Assembly (NCBI GenBank): GCA_028818775.1
Contig: JAPPNE010000054.1
Location: 9,136-73,135 of the forward strand
Direction of reading: 5' to 3'
Source: Deltaproteobacteria bacterium
Lineage (GTDB): Bacteria > Desulfobacterota > Binatia > UBA9968 > JAJDTQ01
Length of the DNA: 64,000 nt
Within the stretch, counting starts at the first letter, position 1. Each line of letters opens with the position of its first letter. Below the pieces are notes generated by a model, which had not been told where the DNA came from, ran no database searches, and saw nothing but the letters and a program-made list of their open reading frames with translations. Shown here piece after piece: positions 1 to 9,140 of the stretch. The position numbers and the translations under genes were made by a program.

Positions 1-1
1 T

Positions 2-2320
2 TGGCATGGTCTGGCCGTGGCACAGTCGCTGGTCAGCGAGGTTCGCGTCGCGGGCAACCTGAGGGTGGAGGAGGATGCCATCCGGTTGAGCATCCAGGCC
101 CAGCCGGGGGAACCGTTCGACGCCGAGATGGTGAACCGTGACGTCAAGGCCATCTACCGCATGGGTCTCTTCGATGACGTCAGCGCGGACTTCTCCGCCA
201 CCGGCGTTCTGACCTACACGGTCAAGGAACGCCCGTACGTGAGGGAGGTCCGGATCGCGGGCAACGACAAGGTGTCCACGGAGGACATCGAAGCGGCCCT
301 GGGGGTCCAGTTGCGCACGGCTCTGGACACCGCGCGTTTGCAGGAAGGATTGCAGCGGGTGCTGCGCCTCTACGGCGAGGCCGGCCACGTCAATACCCGG
401 GTCGACTACAACCTGACCCCGGCCGAGAACAACCAGACCATCGTGACCCTGAGCGTCTTCGAGGGCGAGACGCTGCTGATCCACAGGATTGCCTTCGAAG
501 GCAACCGCGCCTTCTCCGACGACGAGTTGAAGGACGTCATGGATACGAAGGAGCGGTGGTTCATTCCCTTCACCAGCCGCGGCCGCCTGGATCCGGACGT
601 CCTTACCAACGACACCGCGCAGTTGTCGTCGTTGTACTACGACAACGGGTTCGTGGACCACAAGATCGACGAGCCCATCGTCCTGCCGCGGGGCGAAGGC
701 CTGGAGGTCGTGATCCGCATCCAGGAAGGCGAACGCTACCGCGTCGGAGAGGTGAAGGTCGGCGGGGATATCGGCCGGACGCCGGAGCGGCTGCTGGAAC
801 GGGTCAGCCTCACCTCGGGGCAGGTTTTTCGCCGGAGCCGTCTGCTCAACGACGTGAACGCGCTGCAGGAACGCTACGCGGACCGCGGCTACGCCTTCGT
901 CGAGGTGACCCCTCGGACACGCTTCAACGTCGAAGAGCGGCTGGTGAACGTCAGCTACGTGGTCAAGCAGGGGCCGCTGGTCTACTTCGACGAGGTGAGG
1001 ATCGCCGGCAACGTCAAGACCCGGGACAAGGTGATCCGGCGGGAGCTCGAAGTGGCGGAGGAGGCACGGTTCTCCTCGGCGAGAGTCCGGGAGAGCCGCA
1101 ACGCCTTGTTGCGCACGGGCTTCTTCAAGGACGTGACCGTGTCCACGGAGAAGGCCGACCGGGATGACCGGATCAACCTGGTGGTGAACGTGGAGGAAGC
1201 GCCCACCGGTACCTTCAGCGTCGGCGCGGGCTACAGCACCGCCAGCGGGTTCTCCTTCCGAACCTCCCTGGAAGAACGCAACCTCTTCGGCACCGGACGG
1301 CGGGTGTCCGCGGACCTCACGCTGAGCAAAACCGACCAGGACATCGTCCTGGGCTTCGTGGAACCGCGCATTTTCGATACCCGCGCGGATCTCGGTTTCG
1401 ACGTTTTCCACACCACCGCGGAGTACGCCACGTGGACGAACCGGCGCAGCGGTTTCTCCACCCGGATCAGCGTTCCGTTGCGATACCTTCGCCTGCCGTA
1501 CCTCGGACGCCGCGCCGATGTCTGGCGCAGCGATGATCCGGACCTGGAGCCCGGGTTCTCCATCCTGGATCACCTTAACGGCGGCATCGGCTACACCTTT
1601 TTTCGTTCCAAGGTAACGGACGTGGACAACGACGCGCCGCTGAGTATCGAGCCGGGAGCATCCACCACGAGCGCGGTCACGCCGAGGCTTTCCTACGACA
1701 CGCGCAATCACTTCTTCTCCCCCACCGCGGGCACGCGCTCCACGCTGTCCGTCAAGCTGGCCGGGCTTGGGGGAGACAACCGCTTCATGCGCAGCGACTT
1801 CTCCATAGCCTGGTACTATCCCATTCTCGCGAATTTCGACTGGGGCAAGAGCTTTGCCCTGATGCTCGGAGGCCGGATCGGCTACGCGGACTCCTGGACG
1901 GAACGGCAATTGCCGCTGTTCGAACGCTACTTCGCCGGCGGCATCAACTCGGTGCGCGGGTACGAGTATCGTACCCTGGGTCCGCGGGAATGCCCGCGGG
2001 ACGATCCCGATTGCGACGACCCCGCGGCCGACGGCGAGGCCGTGGGCGGCAACAAGCAGCTCATCCTCAAGACCGAGCTGCACTTTCCGATCGCGAATCA
2101 ATGGGGTTTCCGGGGCTCCCTCTTCTTCGACCAGGGACAGGCGTTCGGCCCTGCCGAGAACATCCGTATCGAGGAGCTGAAGCGTTCGGTGGGGCTGGCG
2201 ATGCAGTGGCAGTCGCCCATCGGACCGGTCAGACTGAGTTGGGCTTACCCGGTGAACGCGGAGCCGACCGATCAGAAGGAGCTTCTCGGGTTCGCGTTCG
2301 GAGCGCTGGGCGGTTTTTGA
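2..2320 (+). CDS. bamA: Outer membrane protein assembly factor BamA, 5'-partial
   Basis: POTRA repeats (EVRIAGNVKTRDKVIRRE), barrel motifs GTFSVGAGYST and FAGGINSVRGYE, C-terminal Phe. The frame is open from base 2 (W-H-G-L-A-V-A-Q), so the start and signal peptide lie upstream of the window. Confidence 0.97.
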   Translation, partial: WHGLAVAQSLVSEVRVAGNLRVEEDAIRLSIQAQPGEPFDAEMVNRDVKAIYRMGLFDDVSADFSATGVLTYTVKERPYVREVRIAGNDKVSTEDIEAALGVQLRTALDTARLQEGLQRVLRLYGEAGHVNTRVDYNLTPAENNQTIVTLSVFEGETLLIHRIAFEGNRAFSDDELKDVMDTKERWFIPFTSRGRLDPDVLTNDTAQLSSLYYDNGFVDHKIDEPIVLPRGEGLEVVIRIQEGERYRVGEVKVGGDIGRTPERLLERVSLTSGQVFRRSRLLNDVNALQERYADRGYAFVEVTPRTRFNVEERLVNVSYVVKQGPLVYFDEVRIAGNVKTRDKVIRRELEVAEEARFSSARVRESRNALLRTGFFKDVTVSTEKADRDDRINLVVNVEEAPTGTFSVGAGYSTASGFSFRTSLEERNLFGTGRRVSADLTLSKTDQDIVLGFVEPRIFDTRADLGFDVFHTTAEYATWTNRRSGFSTRISVPLRYLRLPYLGRRADVWRSDDPDLEPGFSILDHLNGGIGYTFFRSKVTDVDNDAPLSIEPGASTTSAVTPRLSYDTRNHFFSPTAGTRSTLSVKLAGLGGDNRFMRSDFSIAWYYPILANFDWGKSFALMLGGRIGYADSWTERQLPLFERYFAGGINSVRGYEYRTLGPRECPRDDPDCDDPAADGEAVGGNKQLILKTELHFPIANQWGFRGSLFFDQGQAFGPAENIRIEELKRSVGLAMQWQSPIGPVRLSWAYPVNAEPTDQKELLGFAFGALGGF

Positions 2321-2346
2321 CGGCGCTGGTTGCCGGGCGGTATAAT
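2317..2346 (+). promoter_or_regulatory. sigma70-type internal promoter for skp-lpxD onward
   Basis: TTGACG (2317-2322, overlapping the bamA stop), 18 bp, then perfect TATAAT (2341-2346). Confidence 0.7.
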
Positions 2347-2370
2347 TGAGCTATATTCTTGTTGGAGGTT

Positions 2371-2898
2371 ATGGTGACCCGAGTCTGTGCGGTTCTCTTG
2401 TTGACGCTGCTGCTGACCCCCGCGTGGGGCCAGGAGCTCAAGGTCGGGTTCGTCAATCTACAGAGGGCCATAAGCTTGTCCGAGCGCGGCAAGAGCGCGC
2501 GCGCCCAGTTCCAGGCCTCGGTCAAGGACAAGCAGGATGCATTGCGGAAGGAGCAGCAGGCCATCGAGAAGGAGCAGCGGGACCTGCAGAAGCAAGGCGT
2601 CCTGATGAAGGAGAGCGAGCGGGCCAAGGCACAGCTCCGCTTCCAGCGGCGCGTGCGCGATTACGAGCGCGACAAGCGCGACATGCAGGAGGAATTGGCT
2701 CTCAGGGAACGCGAGATCACCGACGGTATCCTGAAGGACCTGCAAAAGATCATCGCGGAGCTGGGCAAGACCGGGAAGTTCACCATGATCCTTGAACGAA
2801 GCCAGCTTCTCTACACGGACAAGGGTACCGACGTCACCGATGACGTGATCAAGCTTTACGACGAGCGCTTCAAGAAGACGGCCGACAAGGACAGGTGA
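2371..2898 (+). CDS. skp: OmpH/Skp periplasmic chaperone
   Basis: Signal peptide, LKVGFVNLQRAI, coiled-coil body, C-terminal DVTDDVIKLY; GGAGG before ATG 2371; sits after bamA. Confidence 0.93.
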   Translation: MVTRVCAVLLLTLLLTPAWGQELKVGFVNLQRAISLSERGKSARAQFQASVKDKQDALRKEQQAIEKEQRDLQKQGVLMKESERAKAQLRFQRRVRDYERDKRDMQEELALREREITDGILKDLQKIIAELGKTGKFTMILERSQLLYTDKGTDVTDDVIKLYDERFKKTADKDR

Positions 2899-3950
2899 CC
2901 ACCTCAGGCAAATCGCTCGCGGAACTCGCCGAGCTCGTCGGCGGACGGGTGGCCGGTGACGCGGACGTGACCATCCAGAGGGTGTCTTCCATAGAGGACG
3001 CCGGCCCGGACGACATCACTTTTCTGGCCCATCCGCGCTACCGGGCGCATCTGGCCGCGTGCAACGCCGGCGCTGTCATCGTGGCCCACGATCTGCGCGC
3101 GGACGTCGCGCTCAACTTTCTTCACGTCGACGATCCCCACCGGGCGTTCGCGCAAATACACGCGTTGTTCAATCCCCCGGCCGTGCACGCGCCGGGCGTC
3201 AGCCCCTTGGCCGCCGTCGATCCGTCCGCCGTCGTGGAACCGGGCGCCAGCCTCTACCCTCAATGCTGCGTGGGAAAAGACGCCCGGATCGGCGAGAGGA
3301 CGGTGCTCATGCCTGGCGTGTCCGTCGGCGCCGGAGCGCGGCTCGGCCGTGATTGCGTGCTGCATCCCAACGTGACGGTGGCGGATGGCTGCCAGGTCGG
3401 CGACGGCGTCGTTCTTCACGCGGGCGTGGTCATCGGCAGCGACGGCTTCGGCTACGCGGGCCACGGTCCGGGGCGTCTCAAGGTGCCGCAGGCCGGGATC
3501 GTGGAGATCGGCGATCACGTCGAGATCGGCGCCAACACCGCCATCGATCGGGCCACCATCGGCAGCACCCGCATAGGGGCGGGCACGAAGATCGATAATC
3601 TCGTGCAGATAGGGCACAATGTGGTGGTCGGCGAACGGTGCCTGATCATCGCCCAGACGGGCATTGCCGGCAGCGCGGTGGTGGGTGACGACGTGGTGCT
3701 GGCCGGACAGGTGGGCGTCAAGGACCACGTGGAGATCGGCTCCCGGTCGGTGATCGGGCCCAAGAGCACCATCGTGCAATCGGTCCCGCCCGGCTCCGTG
3801 CTCTCCGGCCTGATCTCGGCCGCGCCGCACAAGGAGTGGCTCAGGGTGATACGGCTCCTGCCGAAACTGCCCGCGCTTTGGCGGCGGGTGGCCGAGATCG
3901 AGAGAGCCTTGCGCCTGACGGCCTCTACGGAGGACAAGGAGGTCCGGTAG
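2895..3950 (+). CDS. lpxD: UDP-3-O-acylglucosamine N-acyltransferase
   Basis: Hexapeptide repeats, IGSDGFGY, KIDNLVQIGHN. Confidence 0.97.
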   Translation: MTTSGKSLAELAELVGGRVAGDADVTIQRVSSIEDAGPDDITFLAHPRYRAHLAACNAGAVIVAHDLRADVALNFLHVDDPHRAFAQIHALFNPPAVHAPGVSPLAAVDPSAVVEPGASLYPQCCVGKDARIGERTVLMPGVSVGAGARLGRDCVLHPNVTVADGCQVGDGVVLHAGVVIGSDGFGYAGHGPGRLKVPQAGIVEIGDHVEIGANTAIDRATIGSTRIGAGTKIDNLVQIGHNVVVGERCLIIAQTGIAGSAVVGDDVVLAGQVGVKDHVEIGSRSVIGPKSTIVQSVPPGSVLSGLISAAPHKEWLRVIRLLPKLPALWRRVAEIERALRLTASTEDKEVR

Positions 3951-3954
3951 CGAA

Positions 3955-4398
3955 ATGATGGACGTAATCGAGATACGCAAGCTGATCCCGCATCGCTATC
4001 CGTTCCTTCTGGTGGATCGAATCGTGGAGCTCGAGCCCAACAAGCGCATCGTGGGCATCAAGAACGTCAGCATCAACGAGACCTTCTTCCAGGGCCACTT
4101 CCCGGACAAGCCCGTCATGCCGGGCGTGCTGATCTGCGAGGCCATGGCGCAGGTAGGCGCGGTCTTCGCGCGGTGCAGCGACCCATCTCCGGACAACGAC
4201 CCGTGGGACAAGGTTTTCGTCCTTACGGGTCTCGACCGGGTGAAGTTCAAGCACCTGGTGGTGCCGGGCGATCAGTTGCGCATCGAGTTGGAAATCACGC
4301 GGCGACGCAAGAACTATTGGCGCCTCGCCGGGCATGCGACGGTGGACGGACGGCGCGTGGCGGAGGCGGAATTGTCCGCCATGGAGATGCCTGCGTGA
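3955..4398 (+). CDS. fabZ: 3-hydroxyacyl-ACP dehydratase
   Basis: IPHRYPFLLVDRI, FFQGHFPDKPVMPGVLICEAMAQ. Confidence 0.97.
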   Translation: MMDVIEIRKLIPHRYPFLLVDRIVELEPNKRIVGIKNVSINETFFQGHFPDKPVMPGVLICEAMAQVGAVFARCSDPSPDNDPWDKVFVLTGLDRVKFKHLVVPGDQLRIELEITRRRKNYWRLAGHATVDGRRVAEAELSAMEMPA

Positions 4399-5231
4399 CG
4401 CCGGACGTGCCCGCGGACCGGGTCGGCCTGATCGCCGGCAGCGGCCGCTTTCCATTAATATTCGCCCGCAACGCGCGACAGGCCGGGGTACGCGTCATCG
4501 CGGTGGCTCACCACGGGGAAACGGACCCGGAGATCGAGCAGTTCGCCGCGGAGGTCACCTGGATCCGGGTGGGCCAGTTGGGGCGGATCATCCGGACCTT
4601 CCACAAGGCCGAGGTCCGTCACGCCGTCATGGCGGGCGGCATCCGCAAGGTGCGCATGTTCTCGAACTTCAGGCCCGATCCCAGAGGCTTGGCACTGTTG
4701 GCGCGGATGCGGCGCCGCGACGACGACCACCTGTTGCGCGGGGTCGCCGGGGAGCTCGAGGGCGAGGGCATCCGGGTGGTGCCTTCAACGATTTTCCTCG
4801 AACGCATCATTCCCGGAACGCCGGGCGTGTTGACCCGCACCGAGCCGAGCGAACAGCAATGGCGGGACGTGCGTCAGGGAATCCCCATGGTGAAGACGCT
4901 CGGACGCATGGGCATCGGTCAAACCCTGGTGCTGAAGGAGGGGGTCGTCTTGGCCGTCGAGGCCATCGAGGGCACGGATGCCGCCATCCGTCGCGGTGGC
5001 GACGCTGTGGAAGGCTCCATCGTGGTGGTCAAGATGAGCAAGCCGGACCAGGACCTGCGCTTCGACGTGCCCGCCATCGGCCCGGGGACCATCGAGGTCC
5101 TGCGGGAAGTCGGGGGCGGCGTGCTCGCGGTGGAGTGCGGGCGGTCGATTCTGCTGGACAAGGAGGAGTTGCTGGCGGCCGCCGACGATGCGGGCATCGC
5201 GGTAGTGGCGGCGGCTTCGGAGCCGGAATGA
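4395..5231 (+). CDS. lpxI: UDP-2,3-diacylglucosamine hydrolase LpxI
   Basis: GLIAGSGRFP, GIGQTLV, AVEAIEGTDAAIRR, QDLRFDVPAIG; GTG start overlaps the fabZ stop (GTGA 4395-4398). Confidence 0.92.
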   Translation: MTPDVPADRVGLIAGSGRFPLIFARNARQAGVRVIAVAHHGETDPEIEQFAAEVTWIRVGQLGRIIRTFHKAEVRHAVMAGGIRKVRMFSNFRPDPRGLALLARMRRRDDDHLLRGVAGELEGEGIRVVPSTIFLERIIPGTPGVLTRTEPSEQQWRDVRQGIPMVKTLGRMGIGQTLVLKEGVVLAVEAIEGTDAAIRRGGDAVEGSIVVVKMSKPDQDLRFDVPAIGPGTIEVLREVGGGVLAVECGRSILLDKEELLAAADDAGIAVVAAASEPE

Positions 5232-6160
5232 GCGAGCGGGACCCCATCGCGGTGGGCGTGATCGGCGTGGGCTACGCCGGCAGCCTCCATGCGACCAAGT
5301 ACGCGTCCTTGCCCGCGGCCGAGCTTGTGGCCGTGGCCGACATCGACGAACGGCGCGCGCAAGAGGCCGGGGCACGTTACCAGGTGCACGCGGTCACCGA
5401 TTTCCGGCGGATGCTGGAACGCGTGCGCTGCGTGAGCGTTGCCGTGCCGACGCAGCAGCACTACTCGGTCGCCCGCGCTTGCCTGGAGGCGGGAGTCGAC
5501 GTGCTCGTGGAAAAGCCCATCACTGCGACGGTGTCCGACGGTTGCGAGCTGGTGAAGGCCGCGCGGCGCCACGGACGCGTCCTTCAGGTGGGGCACCTGG
5601 AGCGCTTCAATCCGGTGGTGCGCGCACTCTCCTCGGTGATCTCGGCGCCGCGGTTCGTGGAGTGTCACCGGCTGGCGCCGTTCATTGCCCGGGGCACGGA
5701 CGTCGACGTGGTGCTGGACCTGATGATTCACGACATCGACGTGATCTCCAGCCTGGTGCACGCGCCCGTGGCCCAGATCGACGCCACCGGCGTCACCGTG
5801 CTCACGGAAAGGCCCGATATCGCCAACGCGCGCATTCGTTTCGAGGACGGATGCGTCGCCAACGTAACCGCGAGCCGGGTGTCGATGAAGCGCGAGCGCA
5901 AGATCCGCTTCTTTCAGCACGACGCGTACATATCGCTGGACTACGACGCCAAAAAGGCGCAGGTGTACCGCATGGAGGACCGGAGCCGCGGCTGGGACGG
6001 CATCTCGGGACAGACCATCGTGACCGAGAACGGCGACGCCCTCCGGGACCAGATCGAATCGTTTCTGGAGTCGGTGGCGACCCGCGGGGATCCGGTGGTG
6101 AGCGGGGAGGACGGGTTGCACGCCCTGCGGATCGCCTCCGCGATCAGCGAGCGCTTGTGA
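5228..6160 (+). CDS. Gfo/Idh/MocA NAD(P)-dependent oxidoreductase (GnnA-like)
   Basis: VGVIGVGYAG, VLVEKPI, QVGHLERFNP, DLMIHDID; ATGA overlap with lpxI; position before lpxB matches GnnA-type genes. Confidence 0.88.
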   Translation: MSERDPIAVGVIGVGYAGSLHATKYASLPAAELVAVADIDERRAQEAGARYQVHAVTDFRRMLERVRCVSVAVPTQQHYSVARACLEAGVDVLVEKPITATVSDGCELVKAARRHGRVLQVGHLERFNPVVRALSSVISAPRFVECHRLAPFIARGTDVDVVLDLMIHDIDVISSLVHAPVAQIDATGVTVLTERPDIANARIRFEDGCVANVTASRVSMKRERKIRFFQHDAYISLDYDAKKAQVYRMEDRSRGWDGISGQTIVTENGDALRDQIESFLESVATRGDPVVSGEDGLHALRIASAISERL

Positions 6161-7341
6161 TGACGGACCAGGCGTGCCCGGACGAGCGGCCGGCAGAGGT
6201 GATGCTGGTGTGCGGGGAAGCCTCGGGCGACGCCCGTGGGGCCGAGTTGGTACGGAGCCTGAGGCAGCGCAACCCGACGGTGGAGCTTTTCGGCATGGGC
6301 GGCGCCGGCCTGCGCCAGGCGGGGATGAAGGTGGTCCACGACTTCGCCAAGGTATCAGGCGTCGGGCTGTCGGAAGTGCTGGGCAGCCTGCGCCACGTCT
6401 GGCTGGCTTACCGGCTCCTGCGGCGCCTGCTGCTGCGCACGCGCCCGGCCCTGCTCATCCTCATCGACTTTCCCGAGTTCAACATGCGCCTGGCGCGCCT
6501 CGCCCGGCGCCACGGCATCACCGTGCTCTACTACATCAGTCCGCAGGTGTGGGCCTGGCGCCGCTACCGCATCCGCCAGCTCGCCGCTTGCGTGGACGCC
6601 ATGGCCGTGGTGTTCCCGTTCGAGGAGGACCTGTACAAGTCCTCGGGGGTGCGAACGGTGCACTTCGTCGGACACCCCCTGGTGGACGCCGTCCAGCCCA
6701 GCCGGGATCGCGAGACCAGCCTTCACGGGTTGGGGCTGGAAGGCGCGAAGCTCACCGTGGCGCTCATGCCCGGCAGCCGGCACAAGGAAGTGGCCTCGCT
6801 CATCGGTCCCATGCTGGAGGCGGCGCGGGGTCTGGCGCGTGAGCGCGAGGTCCAGTTCGTTCTGATACGGGCCAGCACCATCGAACCCGGCGCGTTGGAG
6901 CAGGCCGTGGCCGAAGCCCCCTTCACCGTGCGCATCGCCGACGGCGACGCCTACAACATGCTGGCGGCGGCGGACCTCGTGTGGGTGGCCTCCGGGACCG
7001 CGACCCTGGAGGCGGGCCTGCTCAGGAAGCCCATGGTCATCACCTACCGTCTGTCGCCGCTGAGCTATTGGCTCGGGCGTCTGCTCATTCGGGTGGAGCA
7101 TATCGGCATGGTGAACATCATCGCGGGCGAACGGGTGGTGCCCGAGTTGATCCAGAGCGAGGTCACGGCCGAGAGGATTCTGGCCGAAACACGGCGTCTG
7201 CTCCGGCCCGAGGTTCACCGGGCGGTGGTGGCGAAGCTCGAGGCGGTGCGCCGGCGCCTGGGTCCTCCGGGTGCTCCCGGACGGGTCGCGGACATGGCCA
7301 TGCGGTTGCTGGCACGCGAGGGCACGGGAGCGCCGTCATGA
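6160..7341 (+). CDS. lpxB: Lipid-A-disaccharide synthase
   Basis: CGEASGD, IDFPEFN, YISPQVWAWR, FVGHPL, MPGSR, SGTATLE. Confidence 0.96.
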   Translation: MTDQACPDERPAEVMLVCGEASGDARGAELVRSLRQRNPTVELFGMGGAGLRQAGMKVVHDFAKVSGVGLSEVLGSLRHVWLAYRLLRRLLLRTRPALLILIDFPEFNMRLARLARRHGITVLYYISPQVWAWRRYRIRQLAACVDAMAVVFPFEEDLYKSSGVRTVHFVGHPLVDAVQPSRDRETSLHGLGLEGAKLTVALMPGSRHKEVASLIGPMLEAARGLAREREVQFVLIRASTIEPGALEQAVAEAPFTVRIADGDAYNMLAAADLVWVASGTATLEAGLLRKPMVITYRLSPLSYWLGRLLIRVEHIGMVNIIAGERVVPELIQSEVTAERILAETRRLLRPEVHRAVVAKLEAVRRRLGPPGAPGRVADMAMRLLAREGTGAPS

Positions 7342-9089
7342 CACCCTACCGGCGTTTGCTCGGATACCTGCGGCCTTACTCGTGGCCGCACTTCTGCGCC
7401 GCGATCGCGTGCATGCTGCTGTTCAGCGCATCCACGGCCGCGCTCCCCTTCGTCGTGCGGGACATGGTGGACCGGATGTTCGTCAGCAAGGACCCCGGGA
7501 TGCTGATCTACATTCCCCTCATGGTGGTGCTGGTCTTCGCTGTTCGCGGCGCGTCCAACTTCGGCCAGATCTACCTGATGGACTACGTCGGCCATCGGAT
7601 CATTCGCGACCTGCGTTCCGCGCTGTGCGAGAAGCTCCAATGGCTCTCGCTGGCCTATATCCATCGCAATCCAACGGGCACGCTTCTCTCCCGTGTCACC
7701 AGCGATGTGGGTTTGGTTCGGGTCGCGCTCACCAGCGCCGTCGCATCGCTGGCGCGCAACACGACCTCCGTGACCGCGCTGACCCTGGTGGCCTTCTACA
7801 TGGACTGGGTGCTCGCGTCCATCGCCTTCGTGGCCTTTCCCGGCGCCGTCCTCCCCGTGCGGCGGCTCACGAGGCGTGTCCGCACGGCCACCCGGCAAAG
7901 CCAGGCCAGCACCGGAACCCTTGCCGCGATCCTCCAGGAGAGCCTCCAGGGGAGCCCCATCGTGAAGGCCTTCGGCATGGAGCGATACGAGCTGGAGCGC
8001 TTCAACCGCGAGAACCGGGAGGTCCTGCGCCACAGCATGAAGGCGAGTCGCGCCCGCGCCATCATTCCCTCGGTCATGGAAGTGCTGGCGGCCATCGGCA
8101 TCGCCGGCGTGCTGTGGTACGGGGGCGCCTCGGTCATGGCCGGCGGGCGCACCGCCGGCGAATTCTTCGCCTTCATCACCGCCATGCTGCTGGTCTACGA
8201 ACCCTTCAAGCACCTGAGCCGCACGCTGCCGGAGATCCATCAGGGCATTGCCGGGGGCGAGCGGATCTTCGACGTGCTGGACGCGCCGCTGGACATCGCG
8301 GACGATCCGGACGCGGTTCCCGCCGAACCGTTTGCCGATCGCATCTCGTTCCGGCAAGTGAGCTTTGGGTATCGCGAGGGGCCCGTCCTCAAGGGCATCG
8401 ACCTGGAGATACGGCGCGGCGAGACGGTGGCTCTGGTGGGCACAAGCGGCGCGGGCAAGACGACGCTCTCGGCCTTGCTGCCGCGTTTCTACGACGTCAC
8501 CTCGGGCGGCATCGCCCTCGACGGAACGGACGTGCGCAAGCTCACCCTCGCGTCGCTCCGGCGCCAGATCGCCATCGTCACCCAGCATACCTTCCTGTTC
8601 AATGACAGCGTGCGCAACAACATCTCCTACGGCGATCCCTCCAAGGACATGGAAGAGGTGGTCCGCGCCGCCAAGGCGGCTCATGCCCACGACTTCATCA
8701 TGGAGTTGCCCATGGGGTACGATACCGTCATCGGAGAGTTGGGAATGAAGCTGTCCGGAGGACAGCGGCAGCGCATCGCCATCGCCCGGGCGGTGCTCAA
8801 GAACGCGCCGATCCTGATCCTCGACGAAGCCACTTCCGCGTTGGACTCCGAGTCGGAGCGGCTCGTGCAGGATGCCCTCGACGCGCTCATGGAGAACCGC
8901 ACCAGCCTCGTGATCGCCCACCGCCTGTCGACCATTCGCAACGCCACTCGCATCGTGGTCCTCGCCAAGGGCGCCGTCGTGGAGGAGGGCACCCACAAGG
9001 ACCTGCTGGCCCGACGGAAGGAATACAGCCGCCTCTATCATTTGCAGGCCATGGAAGGCAGTGCGACGGAAAGGAAGTACCTGCACTGA
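7338..9089 (+). CDS. msbA: Lipid A export ABC transporter (TMD+NBD)
   Basis: Six-TM N-terminal half, Walker A GTSGAGKT, signature LSGGQRQR, Walker B ILILDEATSALD; lipid A operon context. Confidence 0.9.
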   Translation: MTPYRRLLGYLRPYSWPHFCAAIACMLLFSASTAALPFVVRDMVDRMFVSKDPGMLIYIPLMVVLVFAVRGASNFGQIYLMDYVGHRIIRDLRSALCEKLQWLSLAYIHRNPTGTLLSRVTSDVGLVRVALTSAVASLARNTTSVTALTLVAFYMDWVLASIAFVAFPGAVLPVRRLTRRVRTATRQSQASTGTLAAILQESLQGSPIVKAFGMERYELERFNRENREVLRHSMKASRARAIIPSVMEVLAAIGIAGVLWYGGASVMAGGRTAGEFFAFITAMLLVYEPFKHLSRTLPEIHQGIAGGERIFDVLDAPLDIADDPDAVPAEPFADRISFRQVSFGYREGPVLKGIDLEIRRGETVALVGTSGAGKTTLSALLPRFYDVTSGGIALDGTDVRKLTLASLRRQIAIVTQHTFLFNDSVRNNISYGDPSKDMEEVVRAAKAAHAHDFIMELPMGYDTVIGELGMKLSGGQRQRIAIARAVLKNAPILILDEATSALDSESERLVQDALDALMENRTSLVIAHRLSTIRNATRIVVLAKGAVVEEGTHKDLLARRKEYSRLYHLQAMEGSATERKYLH

Positions 9090-9140
9090 CGCCGGCCGCT
9101 CTCCCACGTAGACCGGCGGCGATCGACGGAGCCGGAACGG

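Noticed and set aside
1-60. BamA apparently lacking a signal peptide
   Set aside because: The frame is open to the window edge; this is truncation by the window.
4334-9089. Apparent large N-terminal extensions or fusions in the ORF track (4334-6160, 5479-7341, 6981-9089; also 34562-36103, 42236-44368, 60048-62156, 60983-63073)
   Set aside because: The extensions are low-complexity off-frame reads of the upstream gene; the real starts sit at ATGA/GTGA overlaps or after SD sequences.
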